Shown here: positions 26,512-35,929 of the stretch, in pieces
Layout of the letters: every line of letters begins with the position of its first letter
Position numbering within the stretch: the stretch's first letter is position 1
Assembly (NCBI GenBank): GCA_013112575.1
Contig: JABFGG010000005.1
Coordinates: 149,497 to 213,496, forward strand
From: Chloroflexota bacterium
GTDB lineage: Bacteria > Chloroflexota > Anaerolineae > Anaerolineales > UBA11579
Direction: 5' to 3'
Length of the DNA stretch: 64,000 nt
Made by a program: the position numbers and the translations under genes
The notes under the pieces: generated by a model
Seen by the model: only the letters and a program-made list of their open reading frames with translations
Told to the model about the DNA's origin: nothing
The model's database searches: none

Positions 26512-27522
26512 TTAGATATCTAAACGCTGCTTGGCAGTATACAGGGACTGGTCAGCCTGTTTGATCAGATCTTCCAGGATCTCCTTTGTAACCGGGCTGT
26601 TTGCATGTTTTTCAGTGTCAAATTGGGCAAAGCCCACACTTAAGCGCACCGGGACTTCATGGCCGTCATCCATTTCCAATACGGAACCATGCATAAGCTT
26701 ATGGATACGCTCAACGACCTGAGCAGCTATCGCGAGATCAGCGCCTGGCAGCACGACCATAAACTCATCACCACCCCAGCGGCCAACCTGGTCATAAATC
26801 CTTGTGCTGTGGCTGATAATAGTTGCCGCCATTTTAAGAATCTTATCGCCTTCGAGATGCCCAAAACTGTCATTGACGTATTTCAAACGGTCAACGTCGA
26901 TCATCATCAAACTTAAGGAGCGCCCCTCTCGCACAGTGCGGTTCAATTCACCGAGAGCAAATTGGCTGACTGCACGGCGGTTCAGGACACCGGTTAACTC
27001 GTCTGTCAGCGCATGAGCCTGCATGCGCGATAACTGGGCACGTAGCTTATTCTCAGTTTCTTTCTGTGCGCTAATGGGTATCCCCAGATAGGTGAGCCCT
27101 TCCCGTCCAACACTATCATCATAGACTGAAGTCACAAAGAGGCGCACCCAAAAGGTCTCGCCATTCACATGGGTAAGGGAGAAGTCCCCACAATCTAGTT
27201 GTTGGGTTGCATGCAAGTCCGTGGAAGTCAGTAATTCCAATAAACGAGCCTGGTCGCGTGAGTCTAATGCATCACCCCAAGAAAATGGATCATTACGCAA
27301 ATCGTCGATAGTACGGCCAGTCAGGCGTTGATAGCTATAGTTTACATGATAAATATCCCCACCCTCCAGTGAAGTCACGAGGTGCAAAATGTTAAAGCGA
27401 TCGAAAAGGATATCGCTAGCATTCGGTCTACTGGAGGTCATATCTGTAAATTCAAGATAATTATCGATGGTCACATTGATGCCAGAATTCCAGCTACTTG
27501 TAGCTTGATTTAGTTTATTCAT
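26512..27522 (-). CDS. PAS-GGDEF diguanylate cyclase with I-site
   Basis: GGDEF in RWGGDEFMVVLPG. RIYD (RxxD) lies 5 residues upstream. N-terminal PAS-like region. Confidence 0.85.
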   Translation of the reverse strand: MNKLNQATSSWNSGINVTIDNYLEFTDMTSSRPNASDILFDRFNILHLVTSLEGGDIYHVNYSYQRLTGRTIDDLRNDPFSWGDALDSRDQARLLELLTSTDLHATQQLDCGDFSLTHVNGETFWVRLFVTSVYDDSVGREGLTYLGIPISAQKETENKLRAQLSRMQAHALTDELTGVLNRRAVSQFALGELNRTVREGRSLSLMMIDVDRLKYVNDSFGHLEGDKILKMAATIISHSTRIYDQVGRWGGDEFMVVLPGADLAIAAQVVERIHKLMHGSVLEMDDGHEVPVRLSVGFAQFDTEKHANSPVTKEILEDLIKQADQSLYTAKQRLDI

Positions 27523-27737
27523 TTTTGTGAGTTATGCAACTACAAAACCATAATCTCCTCTACCAAAAAGGTCCTCAAAATAATAAATCATGAGGAAATT
27601 CCAAGTGAAAAAGCTAACATAAAATAGCCATAAAAATTGTGTAAATATCATTTTGTAAGCTAAACAGACTGTAAGGTAAAAAAGACCTATATTGTGCTTT
27701 AATGTACTTACCCTACAAGGAAACAACCATTGAAGCC

Positions 27738-27950
27738 ATGGGGCCTCGAAAAAACAAAAACGTAGAGTTTGAAGAGATCTTGAACGATGTTATTCAGGAG
27801 TCAATGGACTTCAATTCGACTCTGAAAACGAACATCGCCAAAAACAAAAATAATTCGAACAAGTCGAATGGCAACCAGAAAAAAGCGACTTCGCGTTTTG
27901 GGAACGGCAGTGACCTAGACTCTGATGTGTTCCCGGACCTTTGGGATTAA
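27738..27950 (+). CDS. possible small Lys/Asn-rich protein in an AT-rich island
   Basis: ORF 27702..27950. No convincing RBS. Low-complexity sequence ending in DLDSDVFPDLWD. Confidence 0.25.
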   Translation: MGPRKNKNVEFEEILNDVIQESMDFNSTLKTNIAKNKNNSNKSNGNQKKATSRFGNGSDLDSDVFPDLWD

Positions 27951-28276
27951 ATCTATAAAGACTTTTGGGGGGAAAGCATTTTTGAGTTCAACCCCCTAAC
28001 TCCTCACCATCACCTACAACTCAAGAATTAGCATCACAGCGGAAGCTTCGCGGCCAATCTCGAATTTCGTTATGAAGTTGGCATGATTCTTGTTTGCACA
28101 CAAGCAGGATTACCAAAGCTTATGCTTTCTTTACACAACGCACACGAAGTTTTTACGGACGAGTCCTGCGCTTTTGCTAGAATTTTATGGCAGTACCTGA
28201 GGACTATGGATCGAAATACATGTCGCTATTGCTCGACTCGTATCACTAAAGATTTCAACAACATGGAGGTCGCACT

Positions 28277-29113
28277 ATGGAACGTGAAAGCATCCTCATC
28301 ATTGAAGATGATGAACTTGTAGCAAAAACTATCACCCGGACACTGAAGGTTGACAACTTCAAGATTAAAACAGCCAATTCGGGGGTCGAGGGATTAAAGA
28401 TTGCACGGCGCAGTTCACCTGATCTAATCATATTGGACGTGATCATGCCTGGGATGGATGGCTACCAAGTCTGTAAAGAATTACGCGCCGACCCCATGTT
28501 GGAAGATGTCCCCATCCTTTTCCTGACAGCCAAAAGCAAACAAGAGGACAAGATCATGGGCCTGCAGGCAGGTGCCGATGACTACCTTAGTAAACCATTT
28601 AATGTAGATGAACTCTTGTTGCGCATCCAGGCCATTCTGCGCCGCTCCAAGAAGATTGAAGAAACACCGCGTCCAGGCACTAAGGCTTCTAAAGAAAACG
28701 TTTCTGGTTTCGAGAAATTCACTTCTCGGTTTTCGAACTTATTCTCAAGCGGAAATAATGGCAAGGATGCCCCTTCACCAGAAGACCAGCATCTTCTTCA
28801 AGTGAATGCATACACACTGGACAAACGCTCCTTTGAATTGGACACTCCTCACGAAGGTAACCTTTTGCTGACGCCAGTGCAATTCGATCTGATCTATCAC
28901 CTTATGAGCCATCCAGACCAAGTTTTTTCTCCTGGGCAACTTTTAGAAGAAGTGTGGGATTACCCTGACGATTCGGGTAGCCCTGACCTCGTGCGTGTGC
29001 ATATAAAGAACTTGCGCAAACGAGTTGAGGCTGACCCCTCTTCTCCCTCCTTTATCCGCACTGTTCCAGGTTATGGCTACACGATCAATTCGGCCAAGAA
29101 TGGCAGAGCATAG
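28277..29113 (+). CDS. OmpR/PhoB-family response regulator with unusually long inter-domain linker
   Basis: Receiver (DLIILDVIMPGMDG, LTAK, KPF) plus winged-helix output (LTPVQFDLIYHLM...IRTVPGYGYTI), separated by a ~70-aa Ser/Lys-rich linker. Confidence 0.85.
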   Translation: MERESILIIEDDELVAKTITRTLKVDNFKIKTANSGVEGLKIARRSSPDLIILDVIMPGMDGYQVCKELRADPMLEDVPILFLTAKSKQEDKIMGLQAGADDYLSKPFNVDELLLRIQAILRRSKKIEETPRPGTKASKENVSGFEKFTSRFSNLFSSGNNGKDAPSPEDQHLLQVNAYTLDKRSFELDTPHEGNLLLTPVQFDLIYHLMSHPDQVFSPGQLLEEVWDYPDDSGSPDLVRVHIKNLRKRVEADPSSPSFIRTVPGYGYTINSAKNGRA

Positions 29114-29121
29114 TTGCCAAA

Positions 29122-31239
29122 ATGGCTGCTGAACAAATTGCAAACACTACCGTTGAAGCTAATAAAGTTAAATTTGCCAAACTCCAAGACGCTTCAGACG
29201 ATGTCTGTGAAGTGTTGGGAGAAACGCTCGATCTACATGCTGGTCTACAATCTGCATTAGACATCAGTCTTAAGTTCATTGGAGAGGCATCAGGAGCAAT
29301 TTACGTGGGGGAGCCGGGTTACACGGCCCCAACTTTAACGGTTACCAGTAAAGCTTCCAAGGCCCTAATCATTGATCTGGAAAAATCCGAGAGTCCTCTG
29401 CGGGAAGGCATCTCGTGGACATTGGAGAATGACCTTCCCAGCCGTATAGAAACCGAAGAAGTCTCAGGAACAGTCATCCCGTTATCAACAAAGTTCGGCC
29501 CGCAGGCAGCCATGTATATTGAAGGGGCGATGCTTGATGACACCAGCATCAATGGTTTCCAAAGTATTGCCAAATCGATTGCACGCGCCATTCAAGCTCG
29601 TCGTTTGCAAATAGCAGCTATCAAACAGTACACAGAACTGGCCAATATCCTCACACTTTCGGCCAAGCATGCCCCAAATCTGGAATTTGATGAAATCCAG
29701 ACCATGATGGTCACCAGCCTGCGCCGGGCGATGGATGTTGACGCAGCGGCCATAGTACTGTTACAAGAGAATGATGAAGCCAAGAGCGGCACTAAGATCC
29801 TGGTAGGACGTAGTTCCGAAGAGACATTTTACGAAGCCATCAACCGCGAACCCAGCCTGATGGAAAAGTGCATTGAAGAAAACAAGGTGCTTTTGGTCAA
29901 CGACATCAAAGGGAACCAGGATTTTAATCCATACGTTGATGGCAGCAATTTCATCGATATTCGTTCCATGTTATGCAGCCCTCTTACCATCAACCAACGC
30001 AACTTTGGCGCCTTGTTTGTTTACAACAAACGTGTGGGACACTTCAACTCACTCGACGAAGACTTCCTGGCCTCTATGGCAACCGCCATCGCCAATATGC
30101 AACAGAACATGCAATTGATTCGCCAACTCACCCTGGCCAATGCCAATCTGGTTGCTAATCGATGGGAGTTGCTGCACTCAAGGAATACACTCAGAAGCTT
30201 GTTCGACAGTATCCCAATGTCTATGTACATCGTGGACCACAAATACCAATTGATTGCCATAAATGCCCACCGCGCCAGCCCACAGGGTCAGCACCCCAGC
30301 GACCTGGTCGGAATCCCCTGCTACCAGGGGCTCTACAATAGGAATTCGCCCTGCGACGACTGCCGCGTGGTAGAGACAATCATGACTAATGATGCTCAAC
30401 AGCGCACCTTGCGACGTTGGAATTTGGAAAGTGAGCCACTCGAACAAAATATCATCACCTACCCGATCCTTGATGAAAACAAAAAAACTGCCCAGGTAAT
30501 TGTGGTTGAGGAAGATGTGACCGAACAAAGGCAAATGGAGGCCCACCTAGCACAGTCCGAGAAACTTGCAGCTATCGGTCAATTAGCTGCCGGTCTGGCC
30601 CACGAGATCAACAACCCACTTACAGCCATAATTGCTAACACTCAGCTCCTGCAACGCCAAAAGATCAGGAATGCTGAAGTGAAGGAAGCAATCGACCTCA
30701 TCGGCACAGCCGGTGCGCGCGCCTCCCAAGTCGTACGCAACCTCCTAGACCTATCACGGCAGGAAAGCTACGAATACAAAGAGGGCGGGCTGAATGAAAC
30801 CATTGAGAAAGCCATGGCACTCCTAAAACATGAGATCGTGTCACGTCACGTCCAGATCGAGTTTGAGGCGGATGAAACTTTGGAACCGATCAATATGAGC
30901 GAAGATCATTTAGTTAGTGTCTGGCTTAATTTGATCATCAACGCTTTAGATGCTCTATCCGGTCGAGATGTTGATGCGAGTGAAGAAGCAAAAATTTGGA
31001 TACGGACCCAGCAACGCAAGAATGAAATCCTGGTTACTGTAGCCGACAACGGGACTGGTATTCCGGAAAACCAATTATCCAGGATATTCAATCCTTTCTT
31101 CACTACAAAAGACCCGGGGGAAGGCACAGGTCTAGGCCTGCCTGTCTGCCACCGCATCATCAAGCAACACGGTGGAAATATTATGGTGGACAGCGATATA
31201 GGCACAGGAACAAAGTTCACGATCAATCTCCCGATCTAA
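29122..31239 (+). CDS. cytoplasmic sensor histidine kinase (GAF-like regions, PAS with Cys motif, HisKA, HATPase_c)
   Basis: H-box LAHEINNPLTAI, N-box LNLIINALDA, G-boxes DNGTGI and GTGLGL. No TM helices. Confidence 0.85.
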   Translation: MAAEQIANTTVEANKVKFAKLQDASDDVCEVLGETLDLHAGLQSALDISLKFIGEASGAIYVGEPGYTAPTLTVTSKASKALIIDLEKSESPLREGISWTLENDLPSRIETEEVSGTVIPLSTKFGPQAAMYIEGAMLDDTSINGFQSIAKSIARAIQARRLQIAAIKQYTELANILTLSAKHAPNLEFDEIQTMMVTSLRRAMDVDAAAIVLLQENDEAKSGTKILVGRSSEETFYEAINREPSLMEKCIEENKVLLVNDIKGNQDFNPYVDGSNFIDIRSMLCSPLTINQRNFGALFVYNKRVGHFNSLDEDFLASMATAIANMQQNMQLIRQLTLANANLVANRWELLHSRNTLRSLFDSIPMSMYIVDHKYQLIAINAHRASPQGQHPSDLVGIPCYQGLYNRNSPCDDCRVVETIMTNDAQQRTLRRWNLESEPLEQNIITYPILDENKKTAQVIVVEEDVTEQRQMEAHLAQSEKLAAIGQLAAGLAHEINNPLTAIIANTQLLQRQKIRNAEVKEAIDLIGTAGARASQVVRNLLDLSRQESYEYKEGGLNETIEKAMALLKHEIVSRHVQIEFEADETLEPINMSEDHLVSVWLNLIINALDALSGRDVDASEEAKIWIRTQQRKNEILVTVADNGTGIPENQLSRIFNPFFTTKDPGEGTGLGLPVCHRIIKQHGGNIMVDSDIGTGTKFTINLPI

Positions 31240-31263
31240 TAATTTCTCAACATAAACACACCA

Positions 31264-31292
31264 AAAACGACGGCAAGGGCCGTCGTTTTTAT
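31264..31292 (+). terminator. intrinsic terminator after the histidine kinase gene
   Basis: AAAAACGACGGC-AAGG-GCCGTCGTTTTTAT. Confidence 0.8.
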
Positions 31293-31359
31293 ATTTAGGC
31301 CAGCTTTATCATGTCTTCACGGCCTCTTTATTACCACGTCAAATACCTGATGCTATTTT

Positions 31360-31626
31360 ATGTCTGTTCATGAAGCACCGTTGTTCAAAACGAGTGTTTG
31401 GAAAGGATTTGCTTTGATCGCAGTAACGCGTCTAAATGGCTCTAAGTTTTTCGTGAATGCGGAATTGGTCCGCACCGTGGAAGGCACACCTGACACAGTC
31501 ATCACGCTGACTACAGATGAACGCATCATCGTGCGTGACAACCCGCAAGCTGTGGTCGCAGCCATTATTGAATATCAACGCAGCGTCCGCCAGGCACGCG
31601 TAGTGGAAAAGAAGGAGTCGAAATAA
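31360..31626 (+). CDS. flbD: flagellar protein FlbD
   Basis: IAVTRLNGSKFFVNAELVRTVEGTPDTVITLTTDERIIVRDNPQAVVAAIIEY is canonical FlbD. The real start may be TTG 31414 (MIAVTRLNG), preceded by AAAGGA. Confidence 0.8.
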   Translation: MSVHEAPLFKTSVWKGFALIAVTRLNGSKFFVNAELVRTVEGTPDTVITLTTDERIIVRDNPQAVVAAIIEYQRSVRQARVVEKKESK

Positions 31627-32430
31627 ATGGATATTGCCACCATAATTGGGGTTGTCGGATCCATTGTTGTCATTGGGGTTGTTATGGTGCTGGATGGCGG
31701 CAGTCCTGCCGAATTGTTCAGTCATACTGCACCAATCTTATTGACCCTTGTAGGTTCATTATTAGCGGCAGCCTCTACCCAGGAGATGGCTACTTTAACC
31801 AGCTTACCAAAACTCTTCATGCTGGCCTTTATGGGCATCAAGATCGACTCGCAGAAAGCTATTGATGAATTAACCACAATGGCAGACAAAGCCCGCCGTG
31901 AAGGTCTGTTGGCCCTGGAAAGCGACGCTAAAGGCATTGAAGATGACTTCATGCGCAAGGGTGTCATGATGGTAGTGGATGGTGTTGACCCCTCCCAGGT
32001 AAAAGCCATCATGGAAACAGAGATCAAGCAGATGCACGAGCGCCACCAAAAGGGCATTGACCTCCTGGAAGGTGCTGGCGGCTTTGCTCCTACCTTCGGC
32101 ATTATCGGTACTGTCATGGGCATGATCGTCATCCTGAAACAATTGGATGAACCAGCCACACTAGGCAAGGCCATCGCAAGTGCATTCCTGGCTACTCTTT
32201 GGGGCTTATTATCCTCAAATGTAGTCTATATGCCCGTGGCAGGAAAACTTGCAGTCAACGATGCCAAAGAAAAAGCATACCGCCACATGATCACAGAAGG
32301 GGTATTAGCCCTCCAGGCCGGTGAGAACCCCCGCATAATCCGCGACAAGCTGAGCGCTTACTTACCCCCCAAAGCGCGTAAGAGCGAAGAAGAAGCAGGT
32401 AAAGCCCAACGTGCAGGAGCGAACGCATGA
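31627..32430 (+). CDS. motA: flagellar motor stator protein MotA
   Basis: 267-aa 4-TM MotA/TolQ/ExbB family protein. FAPTFGIIGTVMGMI. Confidence 0.9.
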   Translation: MDIATIIGVVGSIVVIGVVMVLDGGSPAELFSHTAPILLTLVGSLLAAASTQEMATLTSLPKLFMLAFMGIKIDSQKAIDELTTMADKARREGLLALESDAKGIEDDFMRKGVMMVVDGVDPSQVKAIMETEIKQMHERHQKGIDLLEGAGGFAPTFGIIGTVMGMIVILKQLDEPATLGKAIASAFLATLWGLLSSNVVYMPVAGKLAVNDAKEKAYRHMITEGVLALQAGENPRIIRDKLSAYLPPKARKSEEEAGKAQRAGANA

Positions 32431-33188
32431 GTCATGGTGGCGGTGGTGGCGATCGTTGGCTGGTCAGTTATGCAGACCTCATCACGGTGTTGATGATCCT
32501 TTTTGTGGTGCTGTATGCCATGGGTCAGGTAGATATCAAACGTTATGAACAGTTAGCTGATAGCTTAAACGCAGCCTTTACAGGCGCCCCACAACGCATC
32601 GTGGACCCTGAAATATCCACAACTGGTGGCGTAGATGACGAACTCGACGCCGCCCCCATCCTTATCCCTGAGCTGCCCGCCGCGCAAACCACAACAACTG
32701 ATATCGCTGCAGACCTCGTCAGTCTGATGGCGGGGGCGGGCATGGGTGGCGATGTTAATATCCAGGAAAACATCGAAGGTTTACTTATCTCTGTTAGTGA
32801 ACAGCTTTTGTTCGAGGCAGGCACTGCCAATCTGCAATCCCAGGGCTATCCGGCTCTCGACATTGTCTATGAAATCTTGTTGCCTTTGGACAACGAAGTA
32901 CGCATTACTGGACACACTGACACATCGCCGCCAAGGGACAGCCGCTATGCCTCTAATTGGGAATTGTCTGTAGCCCGTGCAGTAACAGTCGTGAACTATT
33001 TAGTGGCAAAAGGATTTCCCCCCGTCCGGCTGACAGCCGAAGGAGCAGGCGAATATCGCCCGCTGTACCCGGCTGACAGTGCCCAGAACCATTACAACAG
33101 CCGCGCAGATATCGTGGTAGTTTATCCAAAAACCCCGAAATTATTCGAGATTGATATTTTCGGCGGCCTCAATACCAGCTTTCCATAA
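32427..33188 (+). CDS. motB: flagellar motor stator protein MotB (OmpA-like C-terminus)
   Basis: ATGA overlap with motA. WLVSYADLITVLMILFVVL carries the conserved Asp. C-terminal OmpA-like domain (NWELSVARA). Confidence 0.9.
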   Translation: MSHGGGGGDRWLVSYADLITVLMILFVVLYAMGQVDIKRYEQLADSLNAAFTGAPQRIVDPEISTTGGVDDELDAAPILIPELPAAQTTTTDIAADLVSLMAGAGMGGDVNIQENIEGLLISVSEQLLFEAGTANLQSQGYPALDIVYEILLPLDNEVRITGHTDTSPPRDSRYASNWELSVARAVTVVNYLVAKGFPPVRLTAEGAGEYRPLYPADSAQNHYNSRADIVVVYPKTPKLFEIDIFGGLNTSFP

Positions 33189-33220
33189 AGCTATAGCATT
33201 TAAAAAAGACGAGAAATCAT

Positions 33221-33898
33221 ATGAAAAAGATGCTTCCCACCCTCAAATACTTATTCACCGGAGCAGCCGCAGTCGCTATATTGACTACGATGGGCATCAA
33301 TCTGCTAATGGCCTATATCATGTTCGCCCCAGACGACCTGCCAAAACCTTTCTATCTGGCATACCAGACCGCCGGCATGACAACCCCGCAAAGCACGGAT
33401 GCTGGTCATCAAGTGCCACATAGCGGAGACCACTCTGATACCCAGCCTGGCATCCCGACAACCATCAATTTCGATGAGGTCCATCCAGGAGAAGGCATTA
33501 TGCTCCCGACCGGATCCAAGGTAGCTAACCTGGCCGATCCCGGCGGACGCAAGTACATCAAGATCGATATCGTTCTGGAATTTGCACCCAATGATGCCAC
33601 CTACTATGAATTAGTTGTGGAATCACATTCAGCCGATAGCGGTGGCGGTGGTGGGCATGGTGGGGAGGAAACTTCTCCCCTGGAAACTTACGTTGAAGAG
33701 TTCAAAGTTGAAGTTAACGATCTGATGCCAGCCATCAATGACAGCCTACTCACATTGATCAGCAGCAAAACCTTCGAGCAGATCAATACTGCCGAGGGCA
33801 AAGAACACTTACGCGTAGAGATCATGGAGTTGGTCAATTCACGGTTGAGCGAATATCACGTGATAGCAGTGTATTTTACAGAATTCGTAGTGCAGTAA
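33221..33898 (+). CDS. fliL: flagellar basal body-associated protein FliL
   Basis: N-terminal TM helix. RKYIKIDIVLEF...HLRVEIMELVNSRL...VIAVYFTEFVVQ is a FliL pattern. Gly-rich insert. Confidence 0.8.
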   Translation: MKKMLPTLKYLFTGAAAVAILTTMGINLLMAYIMFAPDDLPKPFYLAYQTAGMTTPQSTDAGHQVPHSGDHSDTQPGIPTTINFDEVHPGEGIMLPTGSKVANLADPGGRKYIKIDIVLEFAPNDATYYELVVESHSADSGGGGGHGGEETSPLETYVEEFKVEVNDLMPAINDSLLTLISSKTFEQINTAEGKEHLRVEIMELVNSRLSEYHVIAVYFTEFVVQ

Positions 33899-33931
33899 AC
33901 AAGTAAATGTAGAACAAAAGGAAGATGGAAA

Positions 33932-34975
33932 ATGTTATCACAAGGCGAAGTGGACGCTTTATTAGAAGGATCGATCGAAATTGAAGATCGTGACGGCCAG
34001 GGTGATGTCAACCTGGCAGACATGATCAACGACGAAAAACCAAAAGCCAAAGTACAGGAAAACGACAAAAGGGTGCGCGCCTACAATTTCTGGTCGCCTA
34101 ACCGCTTTTCCAAGGAACAGATCAAGGCGATTGAGTTACTGCATGAAGACCTCGCCGAGCGTCTGTCATCCTCCTTACCTTCCTTTATCCGCACAGAATT
34201 CCGTGCGCGTGTCGTGCATATGGAACAGGGTAAATTCGGCGACTTCCTCAAAGATATGTCGGAAGAAGCTCTTTTCCACCTGATCAGCCTGGCTCCATTG
34301 CCAAGTTATATGATCACCACCATCAGTTCAGATATCAGCACATTGCTCTTAGAGTATCAGCTTGGTGGTGGCGAAAACAAGGCCAAGAAAGACCATAAGC
34401 TTACAGATATTGACCGCTCTTTGATCAAAGGCATTGTCAGTCAGATGCTCAACGACATAAAGGCGGCCTGGACAAAAGTAGCCGCAATTGAGCCTGTGCT
34501 GGAAGATAGCACAGCCAATCACCGCTGGGTGCAAATGATGATGGGTAATGATCGCATCCTGATGATCACCTTTGAAGTAGAAGTTCAGGGTGTAACAGGG
34601 GCAATGTCCATGTACCTCCCCTTCAAGACCATCAAACCCATTATGAAAGCCCTCAGCCCTCACGTTGTGCTGGCTGGGAAACGGCAACAAAGAGTAAATG
34701 AGAGCAACCAGGAAGAATTACAGGAAAGCCTCATGAAAGTGACCTTACCATTGCGGGTCTTCCTGGGTTCTACACAATTGACCGTCAATGATTTTTTGGA
34801 GATGCAGCCCGGTGACGTGTTGCGCCTCAACACCTCGGTAAACCGAGATGTCACCATGTATGCTGGCGACCGACCCCGTTTTTCAGCCCAACTCGGCAAA
34901 GTCGGCAGCCAACTTGCTGCTCAGATCACGGATGTCCTGGAGGAAGGACAACGAAGGATGAGCACAGCAAGCTAA
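33932..34975 (+). CDS. fliM: flagellar motor switch protein FliM
   Basis: N-terminal LSQGEVDALL CheY-binding motif, FliM middle domain, and C-terminal SpoA domain. Confidence 0.9.
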   Translation: MLSQGEVDALLEGSIEIEDRDGQGDVNLADMINDEKPKAKVQENDKRVRAYNFWSPNRFSKEQIKAIELLHEDLAERLSSSLPSFIRTEFRARVVHMEQGKFGDFLKDMSEEALFHLISLAPLPSYMITTISSDISTLLLEYQLGGGENKAKKDHKLTDIDRSLIKGIVSQMLNDIKAAWTKVAAIEPVLEDSTANHRWVQMMMGNDRILMITFEVEVQGVTGAMSMYLPFKTIKPIMKALSPHVVLAGKRQQRVNESNQEELQESLMKVTLPLRVFLGSTQLTVNDFLEMQPGDVLRLNTSVNRDVTMYAGDRPRFSAQLGKVGSQLAAQITDVLEEGQRRMSTAS

Positions 34976-35002
34976 ACAGCAGCCCATAAAAAAGGAACGA
35001 AG

Positions 35003-35431
35003 ATGGAAACAAATGTGGATCAAATTCAAGAAGCACAGGAAGTTCCCCAGGTACAAGAGGAACTCACCCCACCGTCAGATGAACAAGCGGCGGCCGAACC
35101 TGTGGAAGCGCCAACTCCCCAACCCGCACCAGTCCCACAACCAGCTCCTGCCGCCACCCCTGACTCACAGGGTGTGCGCATGGATGGTTTGATGGGCGTC
35201 AATCTGGACGTGGTGGTTGAGATCGGCAGGGCTCAAATGTCCATGGGTGAGATCCTGGAACTGCAAAATGGTTCCGTGGTCGAACTAGACCGCGTGGCCG
35301 GTGATGTTGTGGATGTGCTCATCAATGACAAGCTGATGGCCCGCGGCGAAGTCGTGATCGTGGATGACAAGTTTGGCGTGCGCATCACAGACATACTTTC
35401 TCGCGATGAGCCAGGGCGCAAGCACTACTAG
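35003..35431 (+). CDS. fliN: flagellar motor switch protein FliN (SpoA domain) with Pro/Gln/Ala-rich N-terminus
   Basis: VVVEIGRAQMSMGEILELQNGSVVELDRVAGDVVDVLINDKLMARGEVVIVDDKFGVRITDI. Confidence 0.9.
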   Translation: METNVDQIQEAQEVPQVQEELTPPSDEQAAAEPVEAPTPQPAPVPQPAPAATPDSQGVRMDGLMGVNLDVVVEIGRAQMSMGEILELQNGSVVELDRVAGDVVDVLINDKLMARGEVVIVDDKFGVRITDILSRDEPGRKHY

Positions 35432-35929
35432 ATGAACCCCAACAGCAAATTGCAGGTTCAGGTACTCGCCATCCTCGCACGTGTGCGCCATTGGCCGCGT
35501 TGGGCTTTATGGTCCCTGGGCTTCAGTTTAATTGCGGTCGTATGGTTGCTGGCGGCGCTTGGAGGGACCGGGCGCGAAGCCACTTCCATCAATCCTTTGT
35601 GGGTTGCCCTAGACCTGATCATCAAGCTCATTCTTGTACTCGGCTTGATCTACGGAAGCCTATATCTACTACGGCGCTGGCAGGGCAACACCCTGGCCCG
35701 CCCAGATAAGCAGGTCCGGCTTTTAGAATCTACGCGCTTATCCCCGCGCCAGGGTTTGCACCTAGTACAGGCAGGCACTCGCGTCTTGTTGATCGGGGCC
35801 ACTGACAACTCCCTTTCCACCCTGGCTGAAATCGACCAAAGCGAATTGTCCGATCCACAATTGATTTCGGCAGAGCCTTTCTCTGAAAGTCTGGCCAAGG
35901 CTATCAAGAGCGGAGATGGTGCAGCATGA
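35432..35929 (+). CDS. fliO: flagellar biosynthesis protein FliO/FliZ
   Basis: Position between fliN and fliP, with a single-TM and FliO-like C-terminus (RLLESTRLSPRQGLHLVQAGTRVLLIGATD). Confidence 0.75.
   Translation: MNPNSKLQVQVLAILARVRHWPRWALWSLGFSLIAVVWLLAALGGTGREATSINPLWVALDLIIKLILVLGLIYGSLYLLRRWQGNTLARPDKQVRLLESTRLSPRQGLHLVQAGTRVLLIGATDNSLSTLAEIDQSELSDPQLISAEPFSESLAKAIKSGDGAA

Noticed and set aside
28083-28322. 79-aa ORF overlapping the start of the response-regulator gene, and the 64-aa ORF 27532..27726.
   Set aside because: - No RBS and no recognisable motifs.
- One overlaps a well-supported gene in another frame, and the other is an AT-rich hydrophobic artefact next to the GGDEF gene start.
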